The translations under genes were made by a program, and so were the position numbers. The notes below the pieces were generated by a model. That model had not been told where the DNA came from. It searched no databases and saw only the letters and a list, made by a program, of their open reading frames with translations. A stretch of 62,900 nucleotides of DNA, counting the filler, from Albugo candida (taxonomy: Eukaryota): assembly GCA_040437565.1 (NCBI GenBank). It is 49 parts of 49 records of this genome, joined end to end, with 100 filler letters (N's around TTAATTAATTAA, not from the genome) between each part and the next. Parts side by side here need not be neighbours in the genome. Positions count along the whole stretch, not along the records: positions 32,683 to 33,866 come from JBDOQK010000627.1; positions 33,967 to 35,146 come from JBDOQK010000628.1; positions 35,247 to 36,425 come from JBDOQK010000629.1; positions 36,526 to 37,701 come from JBDOQK010000630.1; positions 37,802 to 38,976 come from JBDOQK010000631.1; positions 39,077 to 40,248 come from JBDOQK010000632.1; positions 40,349 to 41,520 come from JBDOQK010000633.1; positions 41,621 to 42,790 come from JBDOQK010000634.1; 41 more parts are not named here. One strand, given 5' to 3'. The first letter of the stretch is position 1; each line of letters opens with the position of its first letter. This document shows positions 32,805 through 44,581 of the stretch, piece by piece.

Positions 32805-33631
32805 TGTAACGAATATTAATATAGTAAGAAGAAAAGCAAACCAAAAAAGACTAAAATTATTTAAGTTTTGAGTACAGTCAATCAGGATAAGGTTTAGTAG
32901 TAGCGGAATTGTTGTGACACATGAAACTTTTTATTTTACATTAGCGGTTGTTTGCTATAAAGTTTTTTGACGCAGACAGCAATGCTGGAAAGACTTTCGT
33001 TGATGTATATATAAAATACTATAGCAACTCGAGAACAACTTCACGGCGTGTACCTGAAGAACAACACGCTGAATTGCTCAGTTTGAGATTATAGACTAAT
33101 AGATTCCCTATTGCTGCTCTATAACGACATATTATTACCTAGCATTTAATACATCATGAAGCAGAAAATTAGATATTTCTATACCTTTTCTTTTTCATCA
33201 TGGTTAAATTTATTGAAAACTTATCATATATAGTGTGCTTCCGCTCTCAATTTACACATTTTTTGAAAATGCTGCCAAGTATTCCAACATAATTTGACCG
33301 ATTTTTGTCCAAAATTGCTGCCTAATTCCTCAAAGGGACTGACAAAGTTTGTTTTCAAAAACTAGGATAAACTAGCCCAAAAATAAGACGAGTGGAAGCA
33401 TAACATCTAATAGCTTACCACAAAGCGGGGAGATAGAGGAGGTACAAGAATAGAAAAATGTGAAACTCTGGTAAAAGCAATCGGTCAGGTTTCATTGGCG
33501 AATAATCGTTCGATGCTGGAATCTGGGATTTTTACACACTTTTTCTGGAAACAATGCCTGACTTTATTTGTGTCCTTTTATTTCCATTTTTCCTTTCTTT
33601 CAAGAAATAATTTGTTACATTATATATATAT

Positions 33632-33866
33632 ATGAAGAAAGATAATATAATTACAAGAAGTCCATTCTTTTTTTATATTGCCACTTCTTTTGCCTTTGGT
33701 GCTTTAGTCACAGTATTAGCACTATGGTCTTCACCTAATACGTGGTCGGACTTTTTCAACTCCAAACCTTTACGAGGTGACATGGGCTTTGGCCGATTTC
33801 TTATTAGGGGATCTCGGTTTATTGATGGTAAATATACACCTTTTGCTTATGCTTGGAGACAGGTCA
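33632..33866 (+). CDS. N-terminus of a probable type II membrane protein, divergent from the F-box gene
   Basis: Short basic N-terminus then one TM helix; open to the contig end. Confidence 0.55.
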
Positions 33867-33966
33867 NNNNNNNNNNNNNNNNNNNNNNNNNNNNNNNNNN
33901 NNNNNNNNNNTTAATTAATTAANNNNNNNNNNNNNNNNNNNNNNNNNNNNNNNNNNNNNNNNNNNN

Positions 33967-34432
33967 AATAAGCATCCTGAACAATTTCAAAATGTTTTGT
34001 GAGGGAAGTAATTCTTTTAGCGCAGCTTTGATTAGTATACTTGGAAATATCTACTGCAGTGTTTATGTCTCTCGAAATTGCTTGGCTTCAGTCATCAAAG
34101 GAGTTTTACGGTCTATTGTTATGCGTGAATACAATTAAATGACGACTGCAGAAGACTTCAATATTAGCTTTACGGAGCAAAATAATAAAACTGACAATAT
34201 CATCGTTTTGTTTTTAAATAACAAAAAAAAAAACTATAGCCCTTCAAGAGGCTTTGATTCCACTACCAAAGCAGGCACATTTATTGATAACATCTTCACT
34301 AATGCAACTAATGCTGAAATAAGACGGTACATCTCTTTTACTAACTTTTGTGAGCCTTTATTTATAAAAAGAGAAAAACAAAGTTTGTTTTCTCTTTCTT
34401 TAAATAACACCAAACGACGGTCACAGTCTTGA
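33967..34432 (+). pseudogene. C-terminal half of a degenerate EEP/AP-endonuclease domain (continues 52542-52897)
   Basis: The first 131 bp are identical to 52767-52897. AEDFN (decayed GDFN), STTKAGTFIDNIFTN, YISFTNFCEPL (decayed final His motif). Confidence 0.8.
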
Positions 34433-35311
34433 GTAATCCGTTAATTTTAGGGGAATAGCCTCATTAATTCTGGTAAGGATTAATCTCAGTTTGGGAGAGT
34501 AACTGTTGTAGCTGCATATCAAGAAAACGGAGTAATGGTCGAGTTCGTCACATAATTTAAATTAAAATACTATCGTCGACCACTTTAAAGTCCTAGAGAA
34601 ATTTAATAATACATTAAAATCAATAAATGTACTTGCTTGAGTTTGAGTTTGCCTCTTCATTAATAACAAATCCATCACTACATATTTGGATCCGTTTAAC
34701 TTATCAATAATATTGTTACAAGTTTATTTATCTTTCCTTACAACTCTCAAGCCTTTTCTTCTTCTTCTCCTTACAAAAAAAAAAGAAATTCCACTGAGAA
34801 TTGCTACATCACACCCGTTTTTGAAGAATATAATTTTTTTTTATTTGCTTTGGTTTGCTTGAATTTTTAAATAGATATTTTGTAACCTTTAGAAGCTTTT
34901 TGAATTTGGTAATTGCAAAAGAAAAAATTCTCCTCGTTTTTACTCCATGTATTTTCCAGCCTTTTTAAAACTACAATCAATATACCTCACAGTTGTTGTT
35001 GTAATAAGACTCGATTGAGTTTAATCTAATTCTTCTGCTTCTTCTTTGCGTATACTATCTCTATACTTTAAGTTGAAATAAAAGTATGTTGTCTATCTAT
35101 GTATAAAATGTGGGCAGCCATCTAGCTATTATCTATTATTTAAAAGNNNNNNNNNNNNNNNNNNNNNNNNNNNNNNNNNNNNNNNNNNNNTTAATTAATT
35201 AANNNNNNNNNNNNNNNNNNNNNNNNNNNNNNNNNNNNNNNNNNNNTACAAGTGTTTTATTTAAATAAAGAAGGTTAACTAGTTTTTAGTTATTTTTGCG
35301 TGCTGATTGAT

Positions 35312-36140
35312 TCATCTGTCTTTATCACGTTTTTTATCTATTTTATCTATTTTATATATTTTTATTGTAACTACTTCGTCGGTTACAACAGTCGTGAGCA
35401 TTCCACCGACCATCTCATGTTGTTCTTGAGTAAGCTTACGGCCTTGTGAATGTCCACGATAAATAGATTCATCAACAGTAGTATGATTGTTTTTGTTGTT
35501 TTTTACTGTAGTAAACCAATTATTAAGGTTGGACTTTGAAGTTGAATCTGTCCTTTGGGAGGAAGTGTTTTTTTCTAATAGTAATAAGTTTCTCAAACAA
35601 AATGACCAGAAGGCATTAATGCTCGTTTTGCTATACACCTCAAGGGATAAAAATTGCCAGAAAACAAGCCACTTTTCGGTACATACTCAAGGCACCGTTA
35701 CTGATAGACAGTTTACTAGAAAGAAATGTAGCATATTAATTTCATTTTTTTTTAAAAGAGCGATTTCTTCTTTGAAAACATATATATTTTCCTTTTTCAA
35801 ATCATTCACCTTGCCTGAAACGCTTTGAGATGATTCATGCATAGTAGTCTTTTGGGATAGCATTTGAAACTCAAGTTAAGAATTGTCGTTTGCTTAACTT
35901 GCCATTTGCAAAAGTATTATTTGAATCACTCAAAAAAGTGCTGCTGAAGAAAAACGAATTTTGTTTCGAAAGAATTTATTCAAAATAAAAAATATATAGG
36001 GTACCTAATTGCATTGATTTTTAATAAAAAGTTGAAGTCTGTTATAAAAAAGTTGATACTTTTGATAAAAAGTTAAAGTAGCTGTAAAAAAGTCGCACAA
36101 TGTTGTAAAATACTCAAGCTTTTTGAAATTTTTTTCCCTA
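35312..36140 (-). pseudogene. Possible decayed MULE-like element end and transposase remnant
   Basis: Minus strand starts TAGGGAAAAAAATTTCAAAAAAGC with reiterated AACTTTTTA. Remnant IYRGHSQGRKLTQEQHEMVGGML. Many stops. Confidence 0.35.
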
Positions 36141-37025
36141 GTGTTAATGAGGACTTGTTATAGAATAAGAATTTAAATACAAAATTGAATCATTTTATTG
36201 AACATGTGTTTTTCTGTTCTTTTTATTCTTTTTGGATTGTTTGTAGCAATACAAAAAAGGATGCTTTATTTAATCCAATTTTATAAAGTTTGGCTTGTTG
36301 CTCCTAAAAAAAAAAAACTTATACTTTTACAGCAGTGTTACAGAAAAACCTATTTTATATATATATTTCCTTATAACTTTTCAAAAAGCATAAATACTAA
36401 CAATACTTATACTTTACAATAAGAANNNNNNNNNNNNNNNNNNNNNNNNNNNNNNNNNNNNNNNNNNNNTTAATTAATTAANNNNNNNNNNNNNNNNNNN
36501 NNNNNNNNNNNNNNNNNNNNNNNNNCGGTTCTGGAATAGTAGTACAAGCGAATCTGGAACCGTAAATATCGTGCGCCTACGAGTCTATATTATTGAAAAG
36601 AAGAACTTAAAATTGGTTGATCTTTGATAAAAAGGATTTATTGATAAGTAGAAATATATATAAAATGAGAAAAAAATCGAAATCACCAGCAGAAAAGAAT
36701 AGCATCATGACGAGATAAAAAGCAAAAGAAATAAAAATTGTACCGAAAAAAGCACGAAAAGAGAAGGATAAAAAAAAGCAATACCAAAGAACAGAAGTTT
36801 GACATCTTGAAGAAAAAAGAAAAAAAAGAGTAAAAACCGAGAATTTGAAGTACCAATTTGACGATAAAAAAAATGATTCACATTGTATTATCAAAATTTC
36901 TTAAAAACAAGAATAATAAAACATATAGACAATTTAAAATCATACCTACTAGTTTAAAAGTTAAGTTAGGTATAAAAATACTGGTAGAAAGTGTTGTATA
37001 CAATATATATAACTTACAAAAAAAA

Positions 37026-37391
37026 TTAAACGAAAACGTTTACAGCTTCAGTACCTATTTCTTTTTGCCAACAAGCTAAGACAACCATTATTTCTGCAAT
37101 TGCAGGTAATAAATTCGCTCTGTTTGAATTAATTATTCTTTTAGCAGTGGAAAACAACCTCTCCGAAGGAACACTTGTTGCACATACAGCAAGATATTTT
37201 AAAGCAAATTTTGATAGTATAGGATACTTGTATTCATTGTCCTTCCAAAATCTTAATGGTCTTGTTGAATAATAATAACCAGATGCTACTTGCTTTGCAG
37301 GTGCCGTAATCGACGATTTCACAGTATTCACCGTAATATCACTCGACAGAGTAATCTCATCATTACCACCATCAAACCCTTGTTCATTCAT
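37026..37391 (-). mobile_element. hAT transposase C-terminal dimerisation domain (isolated remnant)
   Basis: PLRFWKDNEYKYPILSKFALKYLAVCATSVPSERLFS...RANL. Confidence 0.9.
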
Positions 37392-37801
37392 TATTTTTGT
37401 TCTTTCAATTTCACCTTCATTATTTTCATTAATTCTGTGGTGATCTCACACTAAAATGATATATGAACCAATAATATAATAATAATACAATAATCTATAC
37501 ACTAAAAACCATCTATAAAATATAATCATCTCTTGGCAATTAAGATATTACTTTAAAAAGATTAAATACATATTTAAACTATGTGCACACAGACTAAAAA
37601 CTATATTATAAACTCAAATAATCTAAATAGCATATTTGTGCTTCACACTAAAATCATAACTATAAAATCTATATTTGAAATTCAGAACTCTCGATTATTA
37701 TNNNNNNNNNNNNNNNNNNNNNNNNNNNNNNNNNNNNNNNNNNNNTTAATTAATTAANNNNNNNNNNNNNNNNNNNNNNNNNNNNNNNNNNNNNNNNNNN
37801 N

Positions 37802-37952
37802 CACGATAGTTGATCATTGATGTTATCATGGACATAATATATTATCCATAAATTAAGTACTAGAATAATTGATAACGATCGTTACCAGATTAAATGATAG
37901 CAATAAATAAATCAAGTGATAATATCTCTCGTATACAACACTACCCCCTTCC
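37802..37952 (-). mobile_element. Polypurine tract and start of the 3' LTR
   Basis: Minus-strand GGAAGGGGGTAG (37952-37941) is immediately followed by TGTTGTATAC at 37940. Confidence 0.85.
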
Positions 37953-38157
37953 ACATGAGAACATCATGTAAAAGTATCTTTGAATAAAAACGTAATAGTA
38001 AATAAATAGAGCGTAATATAAACATATAATAAATAAAATAAAGTACAGTAGAAGATCGTCACTTTTGTAATGTATGAGTCGATAAAAACCTTTTAAAAAC
38101 CCTTTGGGAAAAAATATCAAAATAAGGAAAAGACAGTATTACAGTAGAAGCGGAACA

Positions 38158-38976
38158 TTAACGAGTAGTAGATCTTGTATTATAACGGACAGGAGTAAGA
38201 GTCTTATGATGCTTATTTCTAGCATTAATCTTACGTTTGTTAACACTTGGAATTGTAGTATCACTTGGATTCTTGTCAGCAGCACGACGTCTCAAATAAT
38301 CAGTAATAGGCTTTTTAGACCTAAAAGAACTAACAGATTGCCATGTGTTTTCAGCTGGATCCGGATAACCAACCCAATTGACCAAGTAAATAGGTTTACC
38401 ATTTTCATCAACATCATCATCAACAATAGCTTGTACTTCGTATTCTTTTTCACGATCACCAGGAGTACACTTTGAACCATCCTTAAGCTTAGCCAAATGT
38501 TGAACATTAACATCACGAGATAACAATTCACCAGTAAGATCCTTCAAAATATAACTACCATTTTTAGTATAACCATGGACAAGAAAGGGACCTAGCCATC
38601 TGGGAATTAACTTGGACTTGTTGCGATGAGGATTGAGAACCAAAACTTTAGTATTAATCGAGAATTTATGTTCAATAATTTTATGAGTCTTCATAAAGTT
38701 TTTATGATCAATCGATTGTGTATCTTGTATTCTTTTGGCAATAGAAGGAATAACAACTTCTTTAACATACTTGAATTTTTCATTAAGGAGTTTAGTGTCG
38801 GATTTTTCAATATCAATTTTGGGTTGAACCTGTGTAGTGTAATCAATAAAGTCATTAGGTTGCCTGTTAAACATTACTGCGAAAGGTCGAGATTTATGCA
38901 AACGAGTATACTGACAATTAACAGAATACTGAATAGCGTCTATATACAAATCCCACTGATCAGCTTCGACAGCATC
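38158..38976 (-). mobile_element. Chromovirus (Ty3/gypsy) integrase C-terminus with GPF motif and chromodomain
   Basis: SKLIPRWLGPF; EYEVQAIVD...YLVNWVGYPDPAENTWQ. Confidence 0.93.
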
Positions 38977-39159
38977 NNNNNNNNNNNNNNNNNNNNNNNN
39001 NNNNNNNNNNNNNNNNNNNNTTAATTAATTAANNNNNNNNNNNNNNNNNNNNNNNNNNNNNNNNNNNNNNNNNNNNCTGCAATCTTCGTCGACAATCAAT
39101 GCGTGGAAAGGACACCAGTTCACTTTGGAAGACAAACGAAGTGAAAGATGCCGCAAAAG

Positions 39160-39263
39160 TCCGAGTGGCCGGAATCGAACCAGCGACCAATTGATTTCCG
39201 AGCACACTGATACACAGCATCCAACACTACAGTCAATCGCTCTACCAACTGAGCTACACTCGG
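39160..39263 (-). tRNA. tRNA-Tyr: tRNA-Tyr(GTA) with 31-nt intron (39226-39196), copy 1
   Basis: Acceptor CCGAGTG/CACTCGG+A, D arm GCTC/GAGC, anticodon stem ATTGA/TCAAT with CT-GTA-G, T arm GCTGG-TTCGATT-CCGGC. Intron at 37/38. TTTT follows. Confidence 0.95.
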
Positions 39264-39924
39264 TTTCACACACGCCACATGCCAAACGCAACAAAAAATC
39301 ATCTACACACTCCGACACGCACTCTCACAGCTTCGCCGATGCACACCACGTCAGAACACTCTTGCTGCACCTTCCCGTCATCTTGTTTGCGTGCGCAAAT
39401 TCATTTCACGCTACATATGGACCCGTTCTATCGACGACCGAATGCATCACATAGAAAGTACTGGGCATTGCTCGGTCATGGTTGGATGTGATACTGTATG
39501 ATTAGCTGGAAGATCATCGTTGCATCGGCACGGTATGACATCGACCGATGGAGAGAAGATGCAAAGCAACTTCCCGCCTGACTGGGCTGCTGTATCGAGG
39601 GAGGCTGGATACGCTTTTGCATCACAGTACTTGCTTTGCGTCTTCAATGACTTTGTCATGACATGTACATGCGTTGCAATCACGTTTCGACGGCACGATA
39701 AGCTGACACAAAAGATATTGTAGCCGTCTATGGGTATCCCTGATATCACAAGAATGAGGTCGAAGGCGAGATTGTGCATGTGTCCGTGTTTGTGTGAAAG
39801 CTGTAATCTGTCAAAGCGCAAGGATGCTGAATTGGCAGTATCTGCAATCTTCGTCGACAATCAATGCGTGGAAAGGACACCAGTTCACTTTGGAAGACAA
39901 ACGAAGTGAAAGATGCCGCATCAA

Positions 39925-40028
39925 TCCGAGTGGCCGGAATCGAACCAGCGACCAATTGATTTCCGAGCACACTGATACACAGCATCCAACACTACAGTCA
40001 ATCGCTCTACCAACTGAGCTACACTCGG
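39925..40028 (-). tRNA. tRNA-Tyr: tRNA-Tyr(GTA) with intron, copy 2
   Basis: Same gene body 765 bp from copy 1. Confidence 0.93.
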
Positions 40029-40348
40029 TTCCATACACGCCACATGCCAAACGCAACAAAAAATCATCTACACACTTCGACACGCACTCTCACAGCTTCG
40101 CCGATGTACACCAAGTCAGAACACTCCTGCTGCACCTTCCCGTCATCTTGTTTGCGTGCGCAAATTCATTTCACGCTACATATGGACCCGTTCTATCGAC
40201 GACCGAATGCCTCACAAGAAAGTACTGGGCATTGCTCGGTCATGGTTGNNNNNNNNNNNNNNNNNNNNNNNNNNNNNNNNNNNNNNNNNNNNTTAATTAA
40301 TTAANNNNNNNNNNNNNNNNNNNNNNNNNNNNNNNNNNNNNNNNNNNN

Positions 40349-41520
40349 TCTCTGCAGTAGTAGTAATTTTCGAACGATACTTTTTAATTTTGTACTTTTC
40401 ATCTCTAATTTTCATTCGAAAAAAATTTCTGTTGTTCGAAGTTAAATATTTATCACCCTCATGGTTTTTGCTTTTGTCTGTAGATTCATTATTCTTTTTG
40501 ATGTTGTCAACGTACGCTCTATACTTCTTTTCACGAACTGGAGCCAAGTGAATCTTCAATAACACTTCAATCAGTTTGTTTAAAAGTCGATTAATGATCT
40601 TTTTATCCTTCCACATTAAGCTAAAATTCGTGATAAAGTTTGTCACAGCAATATCCATTACAGATATAGGCAAAGTGTTTTTATCTTGAAACATACTTTT
40701 GATAGATTCAGGAAAATCTTTGACCAAACATTGTAATACTGGGTGTTTCGTCTTGCTGGCTGCTTGAGTTCCTTGTACTCCAAAAAATGAACTCTTTATA
40801 AAATTTATGTGTGTTTCAGTGAAAAGATTCTTAACATCATCAAGAACTTTTGAATCCGTGGAAAGAAGAGCAGCAGAAGAGAGAGGACTTGAAGAAAATT
40901 TTATATTGGCTTCCATTTTGAAATTTTCGGGAAATGCCTTTTTGATCTCAAATCCATTTTGTTGTACCAGTTCTACTTCACCACTACCAGCGACGACTTG
41001 AAAAACATGATCTTTGAACAAAAGCATCGTTGACATCATAGACACTTGGAAATCAGTAATAAAATTAGTTGTCTCCGTCAATGCTTTTTTAACCCTGTCA
41101 TTGAAGATGGTTTTAATCTCTTCAGGAATATCTTTTCGTAAAATTGAGTTAAAAGAGACAGTGCAGACCTCATATGAGGGGTTTTGTGGTACTACTCTAT
41201 TGGCTGCTATTGCAGTAGACGATGAAGTATTTGTTGTCCTTCTTCTTCTTAGCTTGAGGTTATTCACGAATGTATCAAATTTTTCTTCAACAAATTCTTT
41301 CCAAAGTAGAGTACCAGATTTGATGGTCATATCCTCTATAAATCTTCTAGATGTTTCTTTAAATTGAAAACCAGCCAGTTCATCAGTTGTAGAGTATAGA
41401 TTTCTTGGGACAGCTCTTGTTTTCAAAAGTTTGCCTTTCATTTCATCAAGTGCTTTATCTTGGTTGTCAGTTTTATTTAGTTGAACGTAGATAAGGGTTT
41501 CTAACACCTTGGTCATTGCT
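40349..41520 (-). CDS. Internal fragment of a large Mucorales-type transposon-associated protein, probably Fanzor1-like (N-terminal/REC region)
   Basis: Open across the contig. YEVCTVSFNSILR...RVKKALTETTNFITDF and VMDIAVTNFITNFSLMW...INRLLNKL..VLLKIHLAPVRE follow the Fanzor1 WED-start/REC pattern. RuvC is not on this contig. Confidence 0.5.
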
Positions 41521-42279
41521 NNNNNNNNNNNNNNNNNNNNNNNNNNNNNNNNNNNNNNNNNNNNTTAATTAATTAANNNNNNNNNNNNNNNNNNNNNNNN
41601 NNNNNNNNNNNNNNNNNNNNTCGGAAAACTTTGTCTTTCCTACGCTTTGAAGACTCATCCAATGTTTGATGAGCAGTTTCCTCCATTTTTTGTAGACGTT
41701 CGAGTCTCAGCTTTCTCGTTTCGTGATCCAAAGCTCTTGGACTGATCACACGCTCCGTCTCCGCTTTGAGCATTTCTTTTCGTCGTACCCACTTCTTGCA
41801 TCGTTTATTTTTCTTTGATCCATTCCGGGTGTTTCAATCCGAGCTCATTGGACTCCTTTTGCAATCGATCCAAAAGACTTTTCTTCTCTGCAGTTTCTAC
41901 TTCTTCCAAAGCGATTTGCTGTCGTTCCTGTATGTCCGCAAACGAGCAGTTACGACATCGTACCCTTCCAAGAGGCATTTCGTATCTTAATCTTCATGTC
42001 CACCACGAGCTTGGGGTAATTTGTGAATGCCGGGTACTGGCCTTTAGGTAGCGCGAAATTGTTCACTCTGCCGGGTCCATAGTCTACGCTAATGTCCGAG
42101 TACATTAGCGCGTTTGAAGTAGCCTCCTGATCGATTTGCCGGGCAACATTGTGCATCAATTGTATAAATTTGTTGATTTGTAGCGAATTTTGTTGATGGA
42201 AAAACTGACGGTTCGAATACTGATCTTTTCCAACAAGTAGGGCTGTCCGAAAGTAATGATTATAGGCGAACACAGCACT

Positions 42280-42790
42280 AATCGCTACGATCGTCTTTGC
42301 AGCAATGTGAAGTTCACGGGCTAATGAATCGTATGCTTGTTTCAGACCTTCTGTGGCGTTGCTGAGTTGATGCGTAAAGGTAAGAAACGCATCTTGAGGC
42401 GGTGTTCAAGACACAAATTCGGTTCTGGCCGTATCGTCATCAAACTCAGCTTCATGATACTGCTGCCAGTTTCTCGAGGATGGTGTCAGATTTCCAATAG
42501 CATACCATCTTGCGTATTTGTGAGGTCGAGATGTAATCCAGAATCTCCAAATCTTCTATTGCTGCCACCGTATTTAAAGCAAGTGGTTGTGATTTGCTAG
42601 CATTGAACACATCCAAGCGCATTTGTATCCGATGTACAGAGAGTTCCAACATCTCTTCCGTCTTTCGTCCTGTCTTTGTAGCTGTGGATGGCAACGCGGA
42701 AGGATTCACCGATTTTCCAGGTCCCAAAGAGCCAGAAATACCACCAAAAATATCAAAAAAATATCACATCGTGTCGGTGCACTTCCGCAG
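42280..42790 (-). pseudogene. ATG2: Frameshifted, internally deleted ATG2 fragments
   Basis: IEDLEILDYISTSQIRKMVCYWKSD, frameshift, HPRETGSSIMKLSLMTIRPEPNLCLEHRLKMRFLPLRIN, then a jump to NATEGLKQAYDSLARELHIAAKTIVAI (ATG_C region). Confidence 0.75.
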
Positions 42791-43042
42791 NNNNNNNNNN
42801 NNNNNNNNNNNNNNNNNNNNNNNNNNNNNNNNNNTTAATTAATTAANNNNNNNNNNNNNNNNNNNNNNNNNNNNNNNNNNNNNNNNNNNNGACTACGTGA
42901 GCGTCTAGAGACTCACTTTATTACTTTTGTTTTTGGACTATTATATTTTTTATATCAATTATTACAGAAAATATGCTCAAGTAAGTAACATTATTGTCTA
43001 ATGTTTTTTTCTCAAAAAGTATACTTTTGCTAAAAATACAAT

Positions 43043-44058
43043 TTGTTTGACCATAGATTGTCGTTATCATGTATAATAAACATGATAGAACCTCAATCAT
43101 ATGATACGATCAAAAGCATTTTTTCAGTAAATGAAATGGGTGTAATGAAGTCAGAAGCAACCTGCTTATATGACTCTTACCAAGGTTTATCCAGCGAAGA
43201 TATCAACCTTTTCAAAGAAATTACTGAAGGGTAATGAAAATAACATAAACTTGAGATAAAACAATAGTAGTTCATTGTATTTTCCTAATTGGTTTTTTCC
43301 TTTAGAAATGTCGATGCTAATGGGATGTTATACCAAGTCCACCTTCAAGCAGCAAAGTTGATTAGCCTCAACAAAAAAGATTCTGATCAATATAAAATGA
43401 TCAAAATCATGGAACAAGTGTAAGCTAAACACAGTTGCAATATATATATATATATATACAATACGCTATTTCATAGTAAGCAATTTCACCCAATTAATAT
43501 TTTTCTTTAAATAGCCTTGATAACGTTAATGATTGGAATGATGAGATTGACAGCGAGTTGACTGTGTATCGTCGATTTGCTTCAATTGTCGACATTTTAT
43601 TTAGAGGCACAAAAGTACGAGTACAAGAGTAAGTTAATTATTAATAGACACTATTATGGCAAAATAGTTTAGTCCTCATGTGAAACTTATTCACTAATAT
43701 TATTATTACACATTTAGCGGTGAACCAGCTGCAACCTCAACCAAAGATGCTATGATACTAAACAAGTCAATCATTTTTGATAGTAGTCCAACTGCCAACA
43801 ACAACAGAAATAATAACGTTTCTTCTTACAGTTACGGCAGAAAGATTGATTTGTTGGTATCAACAACTTACGAAAATAACAGAGTTGAAATATGCTCTAA
43901 CGAATGGAAACGGGCTAATGCCAGCCAAAACTGTATCTTGAAGCAGCAAACAAAAAATTTGCGCTCAAATGCAAGTATTTTAAGCAAGTTGATAAAGAAA
44001 GAAGTACCTGGCATTGAAAAAGGTATTGTTGCAATGGACTGGTTTGGTAAGTAAACCA
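43043..44058 (+). CDS. Multi-exon Mucorales-type PD-(D/E)XK nuclease-like protein, partial
   Basis: GT..AG introns at ~43231-43305, 43419-43515 and 43629-43717, donor at 44047. SELTVYRRF...GE...GRKIDLL...EICSNEWK...QQTKNLRSN...MDWFG. Confidence 0.65.
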
Positions 44059-44158
44059 NNNNNNNNNNNNNNNNNNNNNNNNNNNNNNNNNNNNNNNNNN
44101 NNTTAATTAATTAANNNNNNNNNNNNNNNNNNNNNNNNNNNNNNNNNNNNNNNNNNNN

Positions 44159-44575
44159 ATGGGGGACAGGGGCAAGGCGGAATGGATACTTTACGACTAG
44201 TTAATTATTGATACAGATAAACAAATTCTAGACAAGAGATTTATTTCAAAGTAATAAGATATTTTAATAGACAGATATTTGATGGGGAAAAAGAAAAGGA
44301 AATAAGGAAAAGGGAAGACTATTTATAAGAAATAGTCTTAGGCTAATGCACGATTAATCTCGTGGGAAATGCACGAGGCTTGGCGTGGGAACTGGTGGGG
44401 ATAATGCATGATCACTTCGTGGGAAATGCAGGGCACTTGGCGTGGGAACTGATGGGAGTAATGCACGATTTAGGTCGTGGGAAATCAGGGTACTTGATGC
44501 GGAAACTGATGTGGGAACTGATATGGGAACTGATATGGGAAAATGGTGTGGGAACGGGTACTAGATATTGTAACA
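44159..44575 (-). mobile_element. LTR-like segment interrupting the MULE-like gene
   Basis: Minus strand starts TGTTACAA at 44575. U3-like TTCCCA(C/T) repeats, then TATAAATAG and a pyrimidine tract. Confidence 0.6.
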
Positions 44576-44581
44576 TAAGGC

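Larger units (their letters stand above)
39077..40248. repeat. 765-bp tandem unit carrying one tRNA-Tyr gene (~1.5 units assembled)
   Basis: 39077-39483 recurs at 39842-40248 with scattered substitutions. Confidence 0.93.

Noticed and set aside
39025-40304. Several ORFs over the tRNA repeat
   Set aside because: They overlap well-formed tRNA genes and have no protein features.
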